Origin: a virus
Direction: 5' to 3' (one strand)
DNA: 64,000 bases
IMG/VR virus record: IMGVR_UViG_3300021961_000025
Part shown: positions 16,568 to 26,547 of the stretch, in pieces
Layout: each line of letters begins with the position of its first letter
How positions within the stretch are numbered: position 1 is the first letter of the stretch
Position numbers and translations under genes: made by a program
Notes under the pieces: model-generated
Seen by the model: the letters and a program-made list of their open reading frames with translations, nothing else
What the model was told of the DNA's origin: nothing
The model's database searches: none

Positions 16568-17058
16568 TGGCTTACTTCCAAAAATTCCCTAAGATTTATT
16601 ATCAGTTAAAAGAAAACAATAAAGATGTATTGAAAGTTTTATCTGATATTACTACAAATGTTAGAGTTAAAAAGCAAGCACTTTCTGGCTTAACAATGTG
16701 GCAATACTACGATATGAAAGATGGTGAAACACCAGAAATCGTAGCAGAAAAGTTTTATAAGAATGCAGAACTACACTGGGTAATTATGTTAGTTAATGAT
16801 CGTTATGATGTTTATAATGATTTTCCTTTAACAGCTACAAACTTAGAATCACTTATTATTAGTAAGTATACTAATCCTAGTGCAACAAAGCATTATGTTA
16901 AAGATGGTCTTGTTGTTGATTCATCAACACAAGGTGCTATTCCATTAAGTTATAGAGATTGGGAAATAGCAGAGAACGAGAAAAAAAGAAGAATTAAAAT
17001 GGTTGAGCCAAATTTAGTATTTGGATTATTGGAACAATTTGATAGATTGATTAAGTAG
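16567..17058 (+). CDS. gp53: Baseplate wedge protein gp53
   Basis: YFQKFPKIYY, DGETPEIVAEKFY..LHWVIMLVN, ENEKKRRI. Confidence 0.92.
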   Translation: MAYFQKFPKIYYQLKENNKDVLKVLSDITTNVRVKKQALSGLTMWQYYDMKDGETPEIVAEKFYKNAELHWVIMLVNDRYDVYNDFPLTATNLESLIISKYTNPSATKHYVKDGLVVDSSTQGAIPLSYRDWEIAENEKKRRIKMVEPNLVFGLLEQFDRLIK

Positions 17059-17059
17059 T

Positions 17060-18343
17060 ATGCCTAGTAATTTACGATTTGCAGGAGACGTCTCAGTTTC
17101 CCAGCTAGAAATAGTTGGTAAAAAAGGTAAAGTAGACGTTCGAATGCTAATGATGAATATGACGATCTTTGAGGATCTATTCTCTCCTTTTATATCAGGG
17201 AATATCGTTCTTAATGAATCGTTAGATTTAATTAATCAACTCCCACTTATCGGTGAAGAGTATCTGGAGATGCACGTCTATACTCCAGGATTCGAAGGAT
17301 CCCCAGAAAAAGAATTCAAAGGTAGATATTACGTCTACAAACTATCAGAACGTATGAGTGCAAATGATCGTTCTGTTGCCTACACACTTCATTTTATTTC
17401 TACTGAAGCAATTAAAGATGTAAACTTAAGATTACGTTCGGCACAATCTGGCTATTGTCACGATATTATTAAAAGAATTTTAGTTGAAGATCCAATAGGA
17501 CTTACTTCAATTAAATCAGTAAACATTGAAGATACTGCAAATGGTATTAAGTTTGTTGCTAATGATTGGAGTCCTGTTGACTGTATACAATACACTTGTG
17601 CACAATCAGTAAGTAAAAGAAACATTGGTTCATTTTTATTCTTTGAAAACAGAGATGGATTTAACTTCCTATCATTAAACACTTTGTATCGTCAATCAAC
17701 TATGCAAAGTTTTATTCAAGATAACTATCGTCGTGATATTGATAGTCAAGGTAAAGGTAGTCGTAATCCAAACGAAGATTATAAACGTGTTACGAATATG
17801 CTAATTCCAGAGGGATTTAATTTTATTGAACGTATTAATATGGGTATGTATAGATCTAATTTAACCTCTTATGACTTCGTAACGAAAAGATTTAAAACAT
17901 TTAAGTATGATGGTTATACTAACTTTAATGCTTATCCTCATTTAAATAACTTTCCATTAATGAGTGGTAATGCCTTAGCAACAGCAGAGGCAGCACACTT
18001 TAATAACTTTACTCATTATGGTTTACACAATGGTTATGGCGATACTTCTAATACGCCATTCTATTTACAAAGAAGAAGTTTATTAGCACAAGCTGAAGCA
18101 TTTAGAGTAGAAATTACTGTTCCAGGAAGAACAGATTATACTGTCGGTAAAGTAGTTGATTTAACAACTTATCGTGCACAGCCAGTTAGTAATCGTCCTG
18201 GAGAAAATGCAGAAGATGTTGATCCAACTATTTCAGGTAAGTATATGGTTGGTACAGTAACTCATCGAATTAATGCGAAAGAACATACTTGCGTAATGCA
18301 ACTAATTAAAGATTCATATGTAACTGACGTGGAGAATTTATAA
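17060..18343 (+). CDS. Baseplate hub protein (gp27-like position)
   Basis: IFEDLFSPFISG, FLFFENRDGFNF, SGKYMV..VTH; lies between gp53 and gp5. Confidence 0.65.
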   Translation: MPSNLRFAGDVSVSQLEIVGKKGKVDVRMLMMNMTIFEDLFSPFISGNIVLNESLDLINQLPLIGEEYLEMHVYTPGFEGSPEKEFKGRYYVYKLSERMSANDRSVAYTLHFISTEAIKDVNLRLRSAQSGYCHDIIKRILVEDPIGLTSIKSVNIEDTANGIKFVANDWSPVDCIQYTCAQSVSKRNIGSFLFFENRDGFNFLSLNTLYRQSTMQSFIQDNYRRDIDSQGKGSRNPNEDYKRVTNMLIPEGFNFIERINMGMYRSNLTSYDFVTKRFKTFKYDGYTNFNAYPHLNNFPLMSGNALATAEAAHFNNFTHYGLHNGYGDTSNTPFYLQRRSLLAQAEAFRVEITVPGRTDYTVGKVVDLTTYRAQPVSNRPGENAEDVDPTISGKYMVGTVTHRINAKEHTCVMQLIKDSYVTDVENL

Positions 18344-18344
18344 T

Positions 18345-20810
18345 ATGATGTTATATACAGGTAAAGTAGAAAACAGAAACGATCCTCTTAAACTTGGTAG
18401 ATGTCAAGTTCGAGTAATGGGAGTTCACACTTCTGATGCTTCGGTATTACCAACTCACGATCTTCCATGGTCACATCCAGTAAACCCTGTTGCCTCAAGT
18501 TCAGTAGGTGGCGTGGGTATTTCAAGTACAGGTATTCAAGAAGGAAGTATTGTTATTGTTTGGTTTGCTGATGGCGATAAGAGTCAACAGCTACCAATTA
18601 TTCTAGGATCTGTTGCTGGTATTCCTCAAGATGATTCAGCAAATCCTTTATCAGTTCAACAAAGCGAAATTACCTTTGATGAAAATACACAACAGGCTGT
18701 AATTCCTAACGTTCCTGAACCAGATGTTACTGGAGAGCCAGCAGATCTTAACAATCAATTAACAGGTGCAAGACCAGCAAGAACATTTACTTTGTCTGAT
18801 GCTGGTGTAAATTTAATTAAACAATTCGAAGGATTTAGTGCAACTGCTTATGTTGACAACACACAATATTCTATCGGTTATGGTTCTGGTACTTGGAGAG
18901 GACAACCTGTCACTCCATCATATCCTGGAACAGTAACTGAGGCAGAGGCTGCACAAGAATTAAAATCATTAGCTGAAAAAACTTTTGGTTCAGCAGTTAA
19001 ACGTAATGTTCGTGCATTAATTACACAACAAATGTATGATGCGATGGTTTCGCTTTCATACAATATTGGTACAGGTGGCTTTGGTCGTTCAACTGTTGTC
19101 GCTGAAATTAATAGACAAAATTATGAAGCATCTGCGTCTGCATTTAATATGTGGAACAAATCTGCTGGTAACGTTTTACCTGCATTAGTTCGTAGACGTA
19201 GAGCCGAAGAACAATTTTTCTTAAGTGGTGGTATACCAAACGGATCTGGTGATACAGTTCCTGCTGCTGGTTATGAAGGTAATACTGGAAACACAGCTGT
19301 AGGTGATGCAGCACCAGATGGTGGAATTATTGGTAATCCTACTTCAGTTCAATCAGGTAACTATGGTGCAAGTACTGGAGTTCCAAGTTATTTTAATGAA
19401 CCAGATACCAACCGACTAGCAAGACACGAAGATATTGATAAGACTTCTGTCTATCAAAAAGAAGCAGGACGTTGGAGAGGTGCAGAAAGATTTGATGGAA
19501 CAACTTGGAATCAACCTGAGATTCCTTACAACTCAGATTATCCATTTAATAAAGTAACTGCGACAGAATCAGGACACGTATTCGAATTAGACGATACACC
19601 TCGTGCTGAACGTATTAATTTATATCATCGTACAGGTTCATACTATGAAATCGATCACAATGGTACTCAAATAAATCGAACAGTTGGAGATCGTTATGAC
19701 TTCAACGAAAGAAATCACTATGAAGCATTACATGGTTCTAAGATTATGTATGTTGAGGGTGAAGTCGATGTTGTAGTTAAGAATGGCGCAAAATTAAATA
19801 TTCAAGGACAATGTGATATCGTTGTCAACGGAAACGCTAACGTAACTGTTGGTGGAAATATGGATGCTCGTGTGCAAGGTAATACCGATTTACAAGTCGG
19901 TGGTGATATGAGCACAGCAGTTAAGGGAGATTATAGAGTTCGTGCTGATAGTATTTACTTAGAGGCAAGAGGAACATACAACGTTAATGGTGATGCTGGA
20001 GTTAAAATTGATGGCTCTAGAATTGACATTGGTAATGGTGCTCCAAGAACTGGACTTGGTACTCCTGTAATTGACGTTGACGCAAAAGATAACGAAATGC
20101 CAGAGTTTACTCCATTGATTGTTAACTCACGTAGCGCAAGACAAAGAGAATCGTATGAGGTTCCAGAAGAGGGTAACTCTACACCATTCAGAGACTTTAA
20201 CGTTAATCGTGGCTTGTATGATGCTGATGAATTAGATCAAGGAACAATTAGTAATCAATCTAATCCTGTGGCTAATGCAGAAACACAAGAAGTCGTTCAA
20301 AGTTGTGATGTTATCTACAATATGGATAACTTTGCAAATAGTTTACAACTTTCTTCGCACTTCCAGTTAGGTGCGTTTACGAAAAACGGATCACGTCCAC
20401 CTGTCAATCAACAGGGATTAACTAAACAACAAATAGTTTGTAATCTAAAAGGACTTTCTGAGAATATACTTGAACACGTATTATCATTATATCCTAATAT
20501 GACAATTACCTCTGGCTTTAGACGTCCAGGAGATGTAGCGAATTCTTCTAGAACATCACAGCATTATCTTGGTCAAGCAGTTGATATTGTATTGTCAGGT
20601 TTTACTAGACAACAGCACTTTGATGCTGCTGCAAGATTAGTTGAAACTTTACCTGCTGGATTTGATCAGGTTATTTTAGAATATGCTGGAACGAGAACAG
20701 TATGGATTCACCTAAGTTGGAAATACGATGGTAATCGTAAATCTTTCTTTACGATGAGAGACCATAGAACTGTTGCTCAGAACTTTGCTTATATTGCGGA
20801 AACTGCTTAA
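18345..20810 (+). CDS. gp5: Baseplate central spike gp5: OB-fold, GH24 lysozyme, beta-helix, C-terminal peptidase M15
   Basis: GKVENRNDPLKLGRCQVRV.G.H; LIKQFEG..YVD...IGYG; YPFNKVTATESGHVFELDDTP; VxG repeats; ITSGFR..SQHYLGQAVD..WIHLS. Confidence 0.93.
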   Translation: MMLYTGKVENRNDPLKLGRCQVRVMGVHTSDASVLPTHDLPWSHPVNPVASSSVGGVGISSTGIQEGSIVIVWFADGDKSQQLPIILGSVAGIPQDDSANPLSVQQSEITFDENTQQAVIPNVPEPDVTGEPADLNNQLTGARPARTFTLSDAGVNLIKQFEGFSATAYVDNTQYSIGYGSGTWRGQPVTPSYPGTVTEAEAAQELKSLAEKTFGSAVKRNVRALITQQMYDAMVSLSYNIGTGGFGRSTVVAEINRQNYEASASAFNMWNKSAGNVLPALVRRRRAEEQFFLSGGIPNGSGDTVPAAGYEGNTGNTAVGDAAPDGGIIGNPTSVQSGNYGASTGVPSYFNEPDTNRLARHEDIDKTSVYQKEAGRWRGAERFDGTTWNQPEIPYNSDYPFNKVTATESGHVFELDDTPRAERINLYHRTGSYYEIDHNGTQINRTVGDRYDFNERNHYEALHGSKIMYVEGEVDVVVKNGAKLNIQGQCDIVVNGNANVTVGGNMDARVQGNTDLQVGGDMSTAVKGDYRVRADSIYLEARGTYNVNGDAGVKIDGSRIDIGNGAPRTGLGTPVIDVDAKDNEMPEFTPLIVNSRSARQRESYEVPEEGNSTPFRDFNVNRGLYDADELDQGTISNQSNPVANAETQEVVQSCDVIYNMDNFANSLQLSSHFQLGAFTKNGSRPPVNQQGLTKQQIVCNLKGLSENILEHVLSLYPNMTITSGFRRPGDVANSSRTSQHYLGQAVDIVLSGFTRQQHFDAAARLVETLPAGFDQVILEYAGTRTVWIHLSWKYDGNRKSFFTMRDHRTVAQNFAYIAETA

Positions 20811-21343
20811 TGGCTGTCGTTGTAAGTATAAGCGAAACTGGATTTCCTGGAGTAGCTGATCCTGGAAGTCATGGCTTATATAACTTTAGTCCAGTAAGAG
20901 AATATCTTGATAAAACTTGGGTTGGAACAGCAACTTTATCCTCTACGATCGTTGGTGGTAGCCTAAATATAACTGATATTAGTATTAGTCCATACTCTGA
21001 AATGGTGACTTATACTATTAATGGGAATAGCGTATCGATTGAAGGAGAGTTTGTAGAGATCTTTTTAAATAAGAAGTGGGACTTTCGTATGTTAAATGGA
21101 ACTATCCAAACAGACGTAAATCTCAATACTCTTAAAGACGAGTTTGGTGTTATCTATTATACACCTGATTCTTTGACACATAAAACTATAACCTATACTA
21201 TAAATTATAGCGAAACCGATCCATTAGCTGGATCAACGAGTGGCTCAGTTTCTATTACACAATCGATTGTTAATGATTGGGATACTGGAAAAGAACTACT
21301 TGCGTCTTATGTTAATAAAAGTATTGTAAACGAGATAAAATAA
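20810..21343 (+). CDS. Hypothetical structural protein
   Basis: TAATG coupling to gp5 and PAAR; beta-rich. Confidence 0.6.
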   Translation: MAVVVSISETGFPGVADPGSHGLYNFSPVREYLDKTWVGTATLSSTIVGGSLNITDISISPYSEMVTYTINGNSVSIEGEFVEIFLNKKWDFRMLNGTIQTDVNLNTLKDEFGVIYYTPDSLTHKTITYTINYSETDPLAGSTSGSVSITQSIVNDWDTGKELLASYVNKSIVNEIK

Positions 21344-21642
21344 TGCCAGCTACTGCAATTAAACAAGGACAATCTACTGGGCACGGATGTTTTCCTCCGA
21401 CTGCTGCGATTGGTGCTTTTGCAGTTAAAACCTTTGTTACTGGTAAGGAATGTCAACTCACTGGCGTAACGACTTATCAATCTCATAGCTGTGGAACAAC
21501 AACCCATAGTGGAGGAGCGAGAAAGGTTAGTTCTGGTAGCAGTATAGTATTCATAGAGGGCAAACCTGCAGTCCGTATTGGCGATAGTATTGCTTGTGGT
21601 GATAAAGTTGCAGGTGGTAATCCAAAAGTCTTTATGGGATGA
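21343..21642 (+). CDS. PAAR-like spike tip protein (gp5.4-like)
   Basis: STGHGCFPP, HSCG..H, GSSIVFIEGKPAVRIGD.IACG, G.PKVFMG. Confidence 0.9.
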   Translation: MPATAIKQGQSTGHGCFPPTAAIGAFAVKTFVTGKECQLTGVTTYQSHSCGTTTHSGGARKVSSGSSIVFIEGKPAVRIGDSIACGDKVAGGNPKVFMG

Positions 21643-21654
21643 CTAAATAATTAG

Positions 21655-22047
21655 ATGGCAAACACAACACGTATATTTAAAGATCTCGACTTAATGTTTA
21701 CTGCTCACCCAGTAACTGGAGACGTCGCACGTAAATATGACGAGAATGCCATTAAACAGGCAGTTAAGAATTTAATTCTTACACAGAATTACGAGCGTCC
21801 TTTTCATAGCGAAATAGGATCTCAAGTAAGAGCATTGCTATTCGAAAACGCAACACCGATGACGAAAGCATTGCTAAAGAAAACGATTACGGATGTAATT
21901 AATAACTTTGAACCAAGAGTAAATTTACTAGATGTGGGAGTGCAGTTTTTAGAGGACAGAAACGCAGTTAATATTGAGATTTTATTTAAGATTAAAAATA
22001 CCTTTACTCCACTAACAGTTAATCTTGTCCTAGAGAGAACACGATAA
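21655..22047 (+). CDS. gp25: Baseplate wedge subunit gp25
   Basis: FKDLDL.F..HPVTGD, AIKQAVKNL..T...ERPF.SEIGS, FEPRV. Confidence 0.95.
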   Translation: MANTTRIFKDLDLMFTAHPVTGDVARKYDENAIKQAVKNLILTQNYERPFHSEIGSQVRALLFENATPMTKALLKKTITDVINNFEPRVNLLDVGVQFLEDRNAVNIEILFKIKNTFTPLTVNLVLERTR

Positions 22048-23897
22048 TGGCAACTGATAACAAAAGAATAAAAGTTACAGAATTAGACTTTGATCAAATT
22101 AAGTCTAATCTAAAAAACTATTTAAAGGCACAAAATCAATTTAGCGATTATGATTTTGAAGGCTCTGGTATGTCTGTATTATTAGACGTCCTAGCTTACA
22201 ACACACACTATAATGCGTTGTATCATAATATGACAGTAAACGAAATGTTCCTTGATTCTGCTGTTAAACGTTCAAGCGTAGTATCTCTTGCCAAGATGCT
22301 AGGTTATACTCCTCGTTCTGCTCGTGCTCCTCGTGCAACTCTAAGTATTACTGCATCAAGCGTACCAAACAATCCTAACATTTTAACTCTACCACGTGGC
22401 TCTTCTTTTAGAACTACTGTGGATGGAGTCAATTATATTTTCAATACTGATACACCTTACAGCGTTACTCGTTCTGCTACTAATACTTACGTATTTAATA
22501 ACGTAGAAATTATTGAAGGAACTTTAGTATTAAACAAATATACTGTTTCTGCTGCAGCACAATATATCGTTGATAACGCTAACGCAGATTTATCTACTCT
22601 TAAAGTAGTTGTTCAAGAAGATCCAAACTCTTCATCAGTTGTAACTTATATTTCTGATATTGGTTTAACTGAAATCAAACCAGAAACTCGTGCATTCTTT
22701 ATTAAAGAAGTTGACGAGAATAAATTTGAAATTTATTTTGGTGATGGTCTTGTTGGATATAAACCACCTAATGGTGCAATCGTATCTTTAGAATATGTTG
22801 TAACAAATAAAGGTAATGGAAACCAAGCAAGAATCTTTACTTACACAGGAAGTGCTTTTGGTTCTGGTGCTAACGTAAACATTACAACTGTATCTCGTGC
22901 ACAAGGTGGACAAGATGAAGAAGGAATTGATTCAATTAAATATAATGCATCAAGAAGTTATGCTGCACAAAACAGAGCAGTAACTGCTGATGACTATAAA
23001 GTTATTCTACCAAAACTCTTTAGTAATATTGAAGCCATTTCAGTTTGGGGTGGAGAAGAAAACGATCCACCAATTTATGGTAAAGCATATATTTGTGTCA
23101 AGCCAATTAGTGGCGCAACCCTAACAAACGACACAAAAGAAAAAATTAAAAACAATCTATTAAAATCAAAGAACGTCGTTTCTATTTTACCTGAAATAGT
23201 CGATCCTGACTATCTAAGTATTATAGTTGATTCAACAGTTTATTATAACTCGTCTGCAACTTCTAGATCTGCAGCAAGTATCAAAGCGATCGCAGTTGAT
23301 ATTATTAAGCGTTATAATCAAGAAACATTAAATAAGTTTGACTCTGTATTTCGTCATTCTCGTTTAGTGCGTGACATCGATGGTGCTGAGGAGAGTATTG
23401 TTTCGAACGTCACAAAAATTGATTTGCGCTATGAAGTTACACCAAACTTTAACACTGTGTCAAAATATAGGGTGTCTTTGAACAACCCAATCTACCACGA
23501 AGCAAGTTCGGTGATCAACTCATATGTCGCAATTACATCATCTGGCTTTAAAATATCTGGTAATACTAATACATTCTTCTTAGAAGATAATAGTGTTGGT
23601 CAGATTCGTATGTTCTATTTGACTGCAGGAAATGAAAAGATTTACAATCCAACTTCTGTTGGAACTGTAAATTATGCAAATGGAATTATTGAATTAAACA
23701 ATCTATCAATCTCTTCAGGTAATGCTGATGGTAAAATAGTATTATTTATTGAGCCAGCATCTTATGATGTTGTTTCTGTGAGAAATCAATTAACTAATAT
23801 TCGTGAACAGGATATTGTAGTTAATGTTATTGCTGATAGAGTTGCGAGTGGAGAAAGTCCATCTGGTAACGAATACATCCATACTGTAAGTAGGTAA
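22047..23897 (+). CDS. gp6: Baseplate wedge subunit gp6
   Basis: ELDFDQIK, DYDFEGSGMSVLLDVLAYNTHY, FGDG, QNRAVTADDY, WGGEENDPP.YGK. Confidence 0.96.
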   Translation: MATDNKRIKVTELDFDQIKSNLKNYLKAQNQFSDYDFEGSGMSVLLDVLAYNTHYNALYHNMTVNEMFLDSAVKRSSVVSLAKMLGYTPRSARAPRATLSITASSVPNNPNILTLPRGSSFRTTVDGVNYIFNTDTPYSVTRSATNTYVFNNVEIIEGTLVLNKYTVSAAAQYIVDNANADLSTLKVVVQEDPNSSSVVTYISDIGLTEIKPETRAFFIKEVDENKFEIYFGDGLVGYKPPNGAIVSLEYVVTNKGNGNQARIFTYTGSAFGSGANVNITTVSRAQGGQDEEGIDSIKYNASRSYAAQNRAVTADDYKVILPKLFSNIEAISVWGGEENDPPIYGKAYICVKPISGATLTNDTKEKIKNNLLKSKNVVSILPEIVDPDYLSIIVDSTVYYNSSATSRSAASIKAIAVDIIKRYNQETLNKFDSVFRHSRLVRDIDGAEESIVSNVTKIDLRYEVTPNFNTVSKYRVSLNNPIYHEASSVINSYVAITSSGFKISGNTNTFFLEDNSVGQIRMFYLTAGNEKIYNPTSVGTVNYANGIIELNNLSISSGNADGKIVLFIEPASYDVVSVRNQLTNIREQDIVVNVIADRVASGESPSGNEYIHTVSR

Positions 23898-23899
23898 CA

Positions 23900-26530
23900 A
23901 TGGCTTTAGTTAAGGCAACAGCATCCACCGTAGTAAAGGATCAAGTCCCTGAGTTTATCAGAGACGAGAATGAGAATTTTACTGCCTTTTTAAAAGCATA
24001 CTACGAGTGGTATGAGGACGTTTACATTCCTCAAAATAGTATTGAGGATATTCGTGACGTTGACGAAACTATTGATCAATTTGTTCAATATTTCAAAAGC
24101 GAAATTATGTCGCCTATTCCTCAGGCAGTACTTTCGGATAAAAGATTTTTAGCAAAACAAATTAAACAACTATACCTTACTAAAGGTACAGTAGATTCTT
24201 ATAAGTTTTTATTTCGAATTCTATTTAATGAAGACTCTGAATTATATTTCCCAAAAGTGGATATGTTACGAGTCTCGGATGGTAAATGGGATGAGAAACC
24301 TATTTTACGTATTGAAGTTACACAGGGTGAGCCAAGTGATTTAATTGGTCTAACAATTAATCAAGCAATTCCTGTTGCTGGTGGAACAACACTTAGAAGT
24401 TCTGCTCGAGTAGAAAACGTTATTCAAACTCGAATTGCAGCAACACAAGTTACTGACTTAGTTCTAGCGAATGAAAGTATTAAAGGTAATATTCTTGCTG
24501 AAACAGATGACAGAACATATGAAGTTACTGCAACTACATCTAATGGTTCAGTTATTCGTGGTAATGTTTTATCAATTCTAAAAGGATTCACTATTAAGAA
24601 TGGTGGATCTTATTATAAGATTGGTGATTTAGTTGACGTATCAGACAGTGGACAAAATAATACCACTGCTCGTGCTGAGGTTGCTGAAATTGGAACTGGT
24701 AGCGTAGATAAAATTACTATCGCTTCAGGTGGTAGTGGATATGAAGTAGGTGATGAAGTTATTTTCGATAACACTAACACTGGTGGACCAGCAAATAGTC
24801 CTACTCTTTCTGCTCGTGCGAGAGTTAGTGAAGTAGATAGAGATTCTATATTACTAGAAGATGGTAGTAAACTTTTAGGCGAAGCAAGACACGAATTAGA
24901 TATTGAAACATCAAACACTGGTGCGATTGTTACAGTAGACATTTTATATGGTGGTGACTTTTATAAAACACTACCTGTTCTTAGTTTACCAACAAACAAT
25001 GGACGTACAGGTGGTAAACTTTTAGCGACTTCAACTACGATTGGTCGTATTACAAAAATTATCGTTCCTGACTTTGGTATCGATTATATTAATCCACCTA
25101 AAGTTATTACACCACTTTATGCAGTTATTAAAAACCCAACTGGATTATTCCTTGTTGGCGAAACTGTTAGTGCACTTCCTCAATTACTTGTTTCTGAATC
25201 AGGAGATGAAGATAATATCGTTTTGGAAACTGGGGAAAAGTTTGTATTAGAAAAACAACAAAACGCTACAGGTATTGTAGAAGATTTAGATGACGTATTA
25301 CATTTAGTTAAGATTAAAAATGCAACGTCATTAGATAGAGTTTTATTAGAAGATGGCTCAGGTTATCTTTTAGATTCTGACGAAGATGTAATCGTACAAG
25401 AATCAAGTGGACAGTTTACAGATCGTATGAGAATACGTTCTAACATAACTTCTTATGAAGCAACAGTTACAAGTGTTAATGAACCTAACATTGTTGCAAA
25501 AGTAGGATCAGTTGGTTATACTGTTGGTAACTTTATTGGTGCTGATGGTAAGATCTCTGAAAGTTCTAAGAGAATTCAAGATAGTAAATATTATCAAGAT
25601 TACTCTTATGTAATTAAGATTGGTCAATCAATTAATATCTATCGTGATGCAGTTAAGAAACTCTTGCATCCGATTGGCTTGGCTCTATTCGGTGAAGTTC
25701 AGATTCAAAGTATTTTAGATGCTTCTGTTCCTCAATTCCAACCTGGAGCAGCACTTAGACGTAATCTGTTTAGTCAGGTTATTAAGGGTATAATTGATGC
25801 AAAAGTGAAAGCTGTGGGTAATTATCGAACTGCAGGGGAAGACTTACCGAATGTCGATAAAGAAAAAATTACACTTTACATCACAGATTTCATTACAAGT
25901 GTGCTAAATATATACGTATCGGCTAGTGAATTCTTGCCAATATTACATATACCGAATCTAACACCATTAGAAGTTTATTTGTTAGATTTAAGAACCGAAG
26001 TTAGACAAAGTCAAAAGACAGTAGTAAATGTTAAGAAACTAGAGTCTTTTGCTTCGTTACAAACTACAGCTAAGATTCTATATCAAAGAGTCTTGCAAGA
26101 TCCTTCCAGTGTTTCTGGAACATTCTTGAAAGACTTAGAAAGATATAAGTTTACCTATAAACCCTCTGCAGCAGGGACTAAATATGCTAATGAGGGTGGT
26201 ACTCCAGCATTTACTACAAATGCGTATGGAGTGGCTGGGACTTACCCAAGTCCTAACTATAACTACTTTACTATTGGCAACACGCAAATTAAAGACTTTG
26301 CGAATTTGACTGTAGCAGAGATAATAAATAATCCTTATAAGCGAGTAAATTATGCTATCGAAACTGAATTGGGAATTGTCAAGTTACCTGCAAGTGCATT
26401 GCGATTCTCTACAGACGATATTAGATTTACTTGGGATGACACGTTTACGATGGATGCAGATTCAGTAACAATCGACTCTGAACAATACACCATGGATAAC
26501 GATGTCCTAAAATTTGACTTATACACTTAA
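23900..26530 (+). CDS. gp7: Baseplate wedge initiator, gp7-like
   Basis: PEFIR..F..FLKAYYEW, KGTVDSYKFLFRILF, IQDSKYYQDYSYVIK, LLHPIG; lies between gp6 and gp8. Confidence 0.78.
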   Translation: MALVKATASTVVKDQVPEFIRDENENFTAFLKAYYEWYEDVYIPQNSIEDIRDVDETIDQFVQYFKSEIMSPIPQAVLSDKRFLAKQIKQLYLTKGTVDSYKFLFRILFNEDSELYFPKVDMLRVSDGKWDEKPILRIEVTQGEPSDLIGLTINQAIPVAGGTTLRSSARVENVIQTRIAATQVTDLVLANESIKGNILAETDDRTYEVTATTSNGSVIRGNVLSILKGFTIKNGGSYYKIGDLVDVSDSGQNNTTARAEVAEIGTGSVDKITIASGGSGYEVGDEVIFDNTNTGGPANSPTLSARARVSEVDRDSILLEDGSKLLGEARHELDIETSNTGAIVTVDILYGGDFYKTLPVLSLPTNNGRTGGKLLATSTTIGRITKIIVPDFGIDYINPPKVITPLYAVIKNPTGLFLVGETVSALPQLLVSESGDEDNIVLETGEKFVLEKQQNATGIVEDLDDVLHLVKIKNATSLDRVLLEDGSGYLLDSDEDVIVQESSGQFTDRMRIRSNITSYEATVTSVNEPNIVAKVGSVGYTVGNFIGADGKISESSKRIQDSKYYQDYSYVIKIGQSINIYRDAVKKLLHPIGLALFGEVQIQSILDASVPQFQPGAALRRNLFSQVIKGIIDAKVKAVGNYRTAGEDLPNVDKEKITLYITDFITSVLNIYVSASEFLPILHIPNLTPLEVYLLDLRTEVRQSQKTVVNVKKLESFASLQTTAKILYQRVLQDPSSVSGTFLKDLERYKFTYKPSAAGTKYANEGGTPAFTTNAYGVAGTYPSPNYNYFTIGNTQIKDFANLTVAEIINNPYKRVNYAIETELGIVKLPASALRFSTDDIRFTWDDTFTMDADSVTIDSEQYTMDNDVLKFDLYT

Positions 26531-26547
26531 AACCAGGAGAAACTAAA

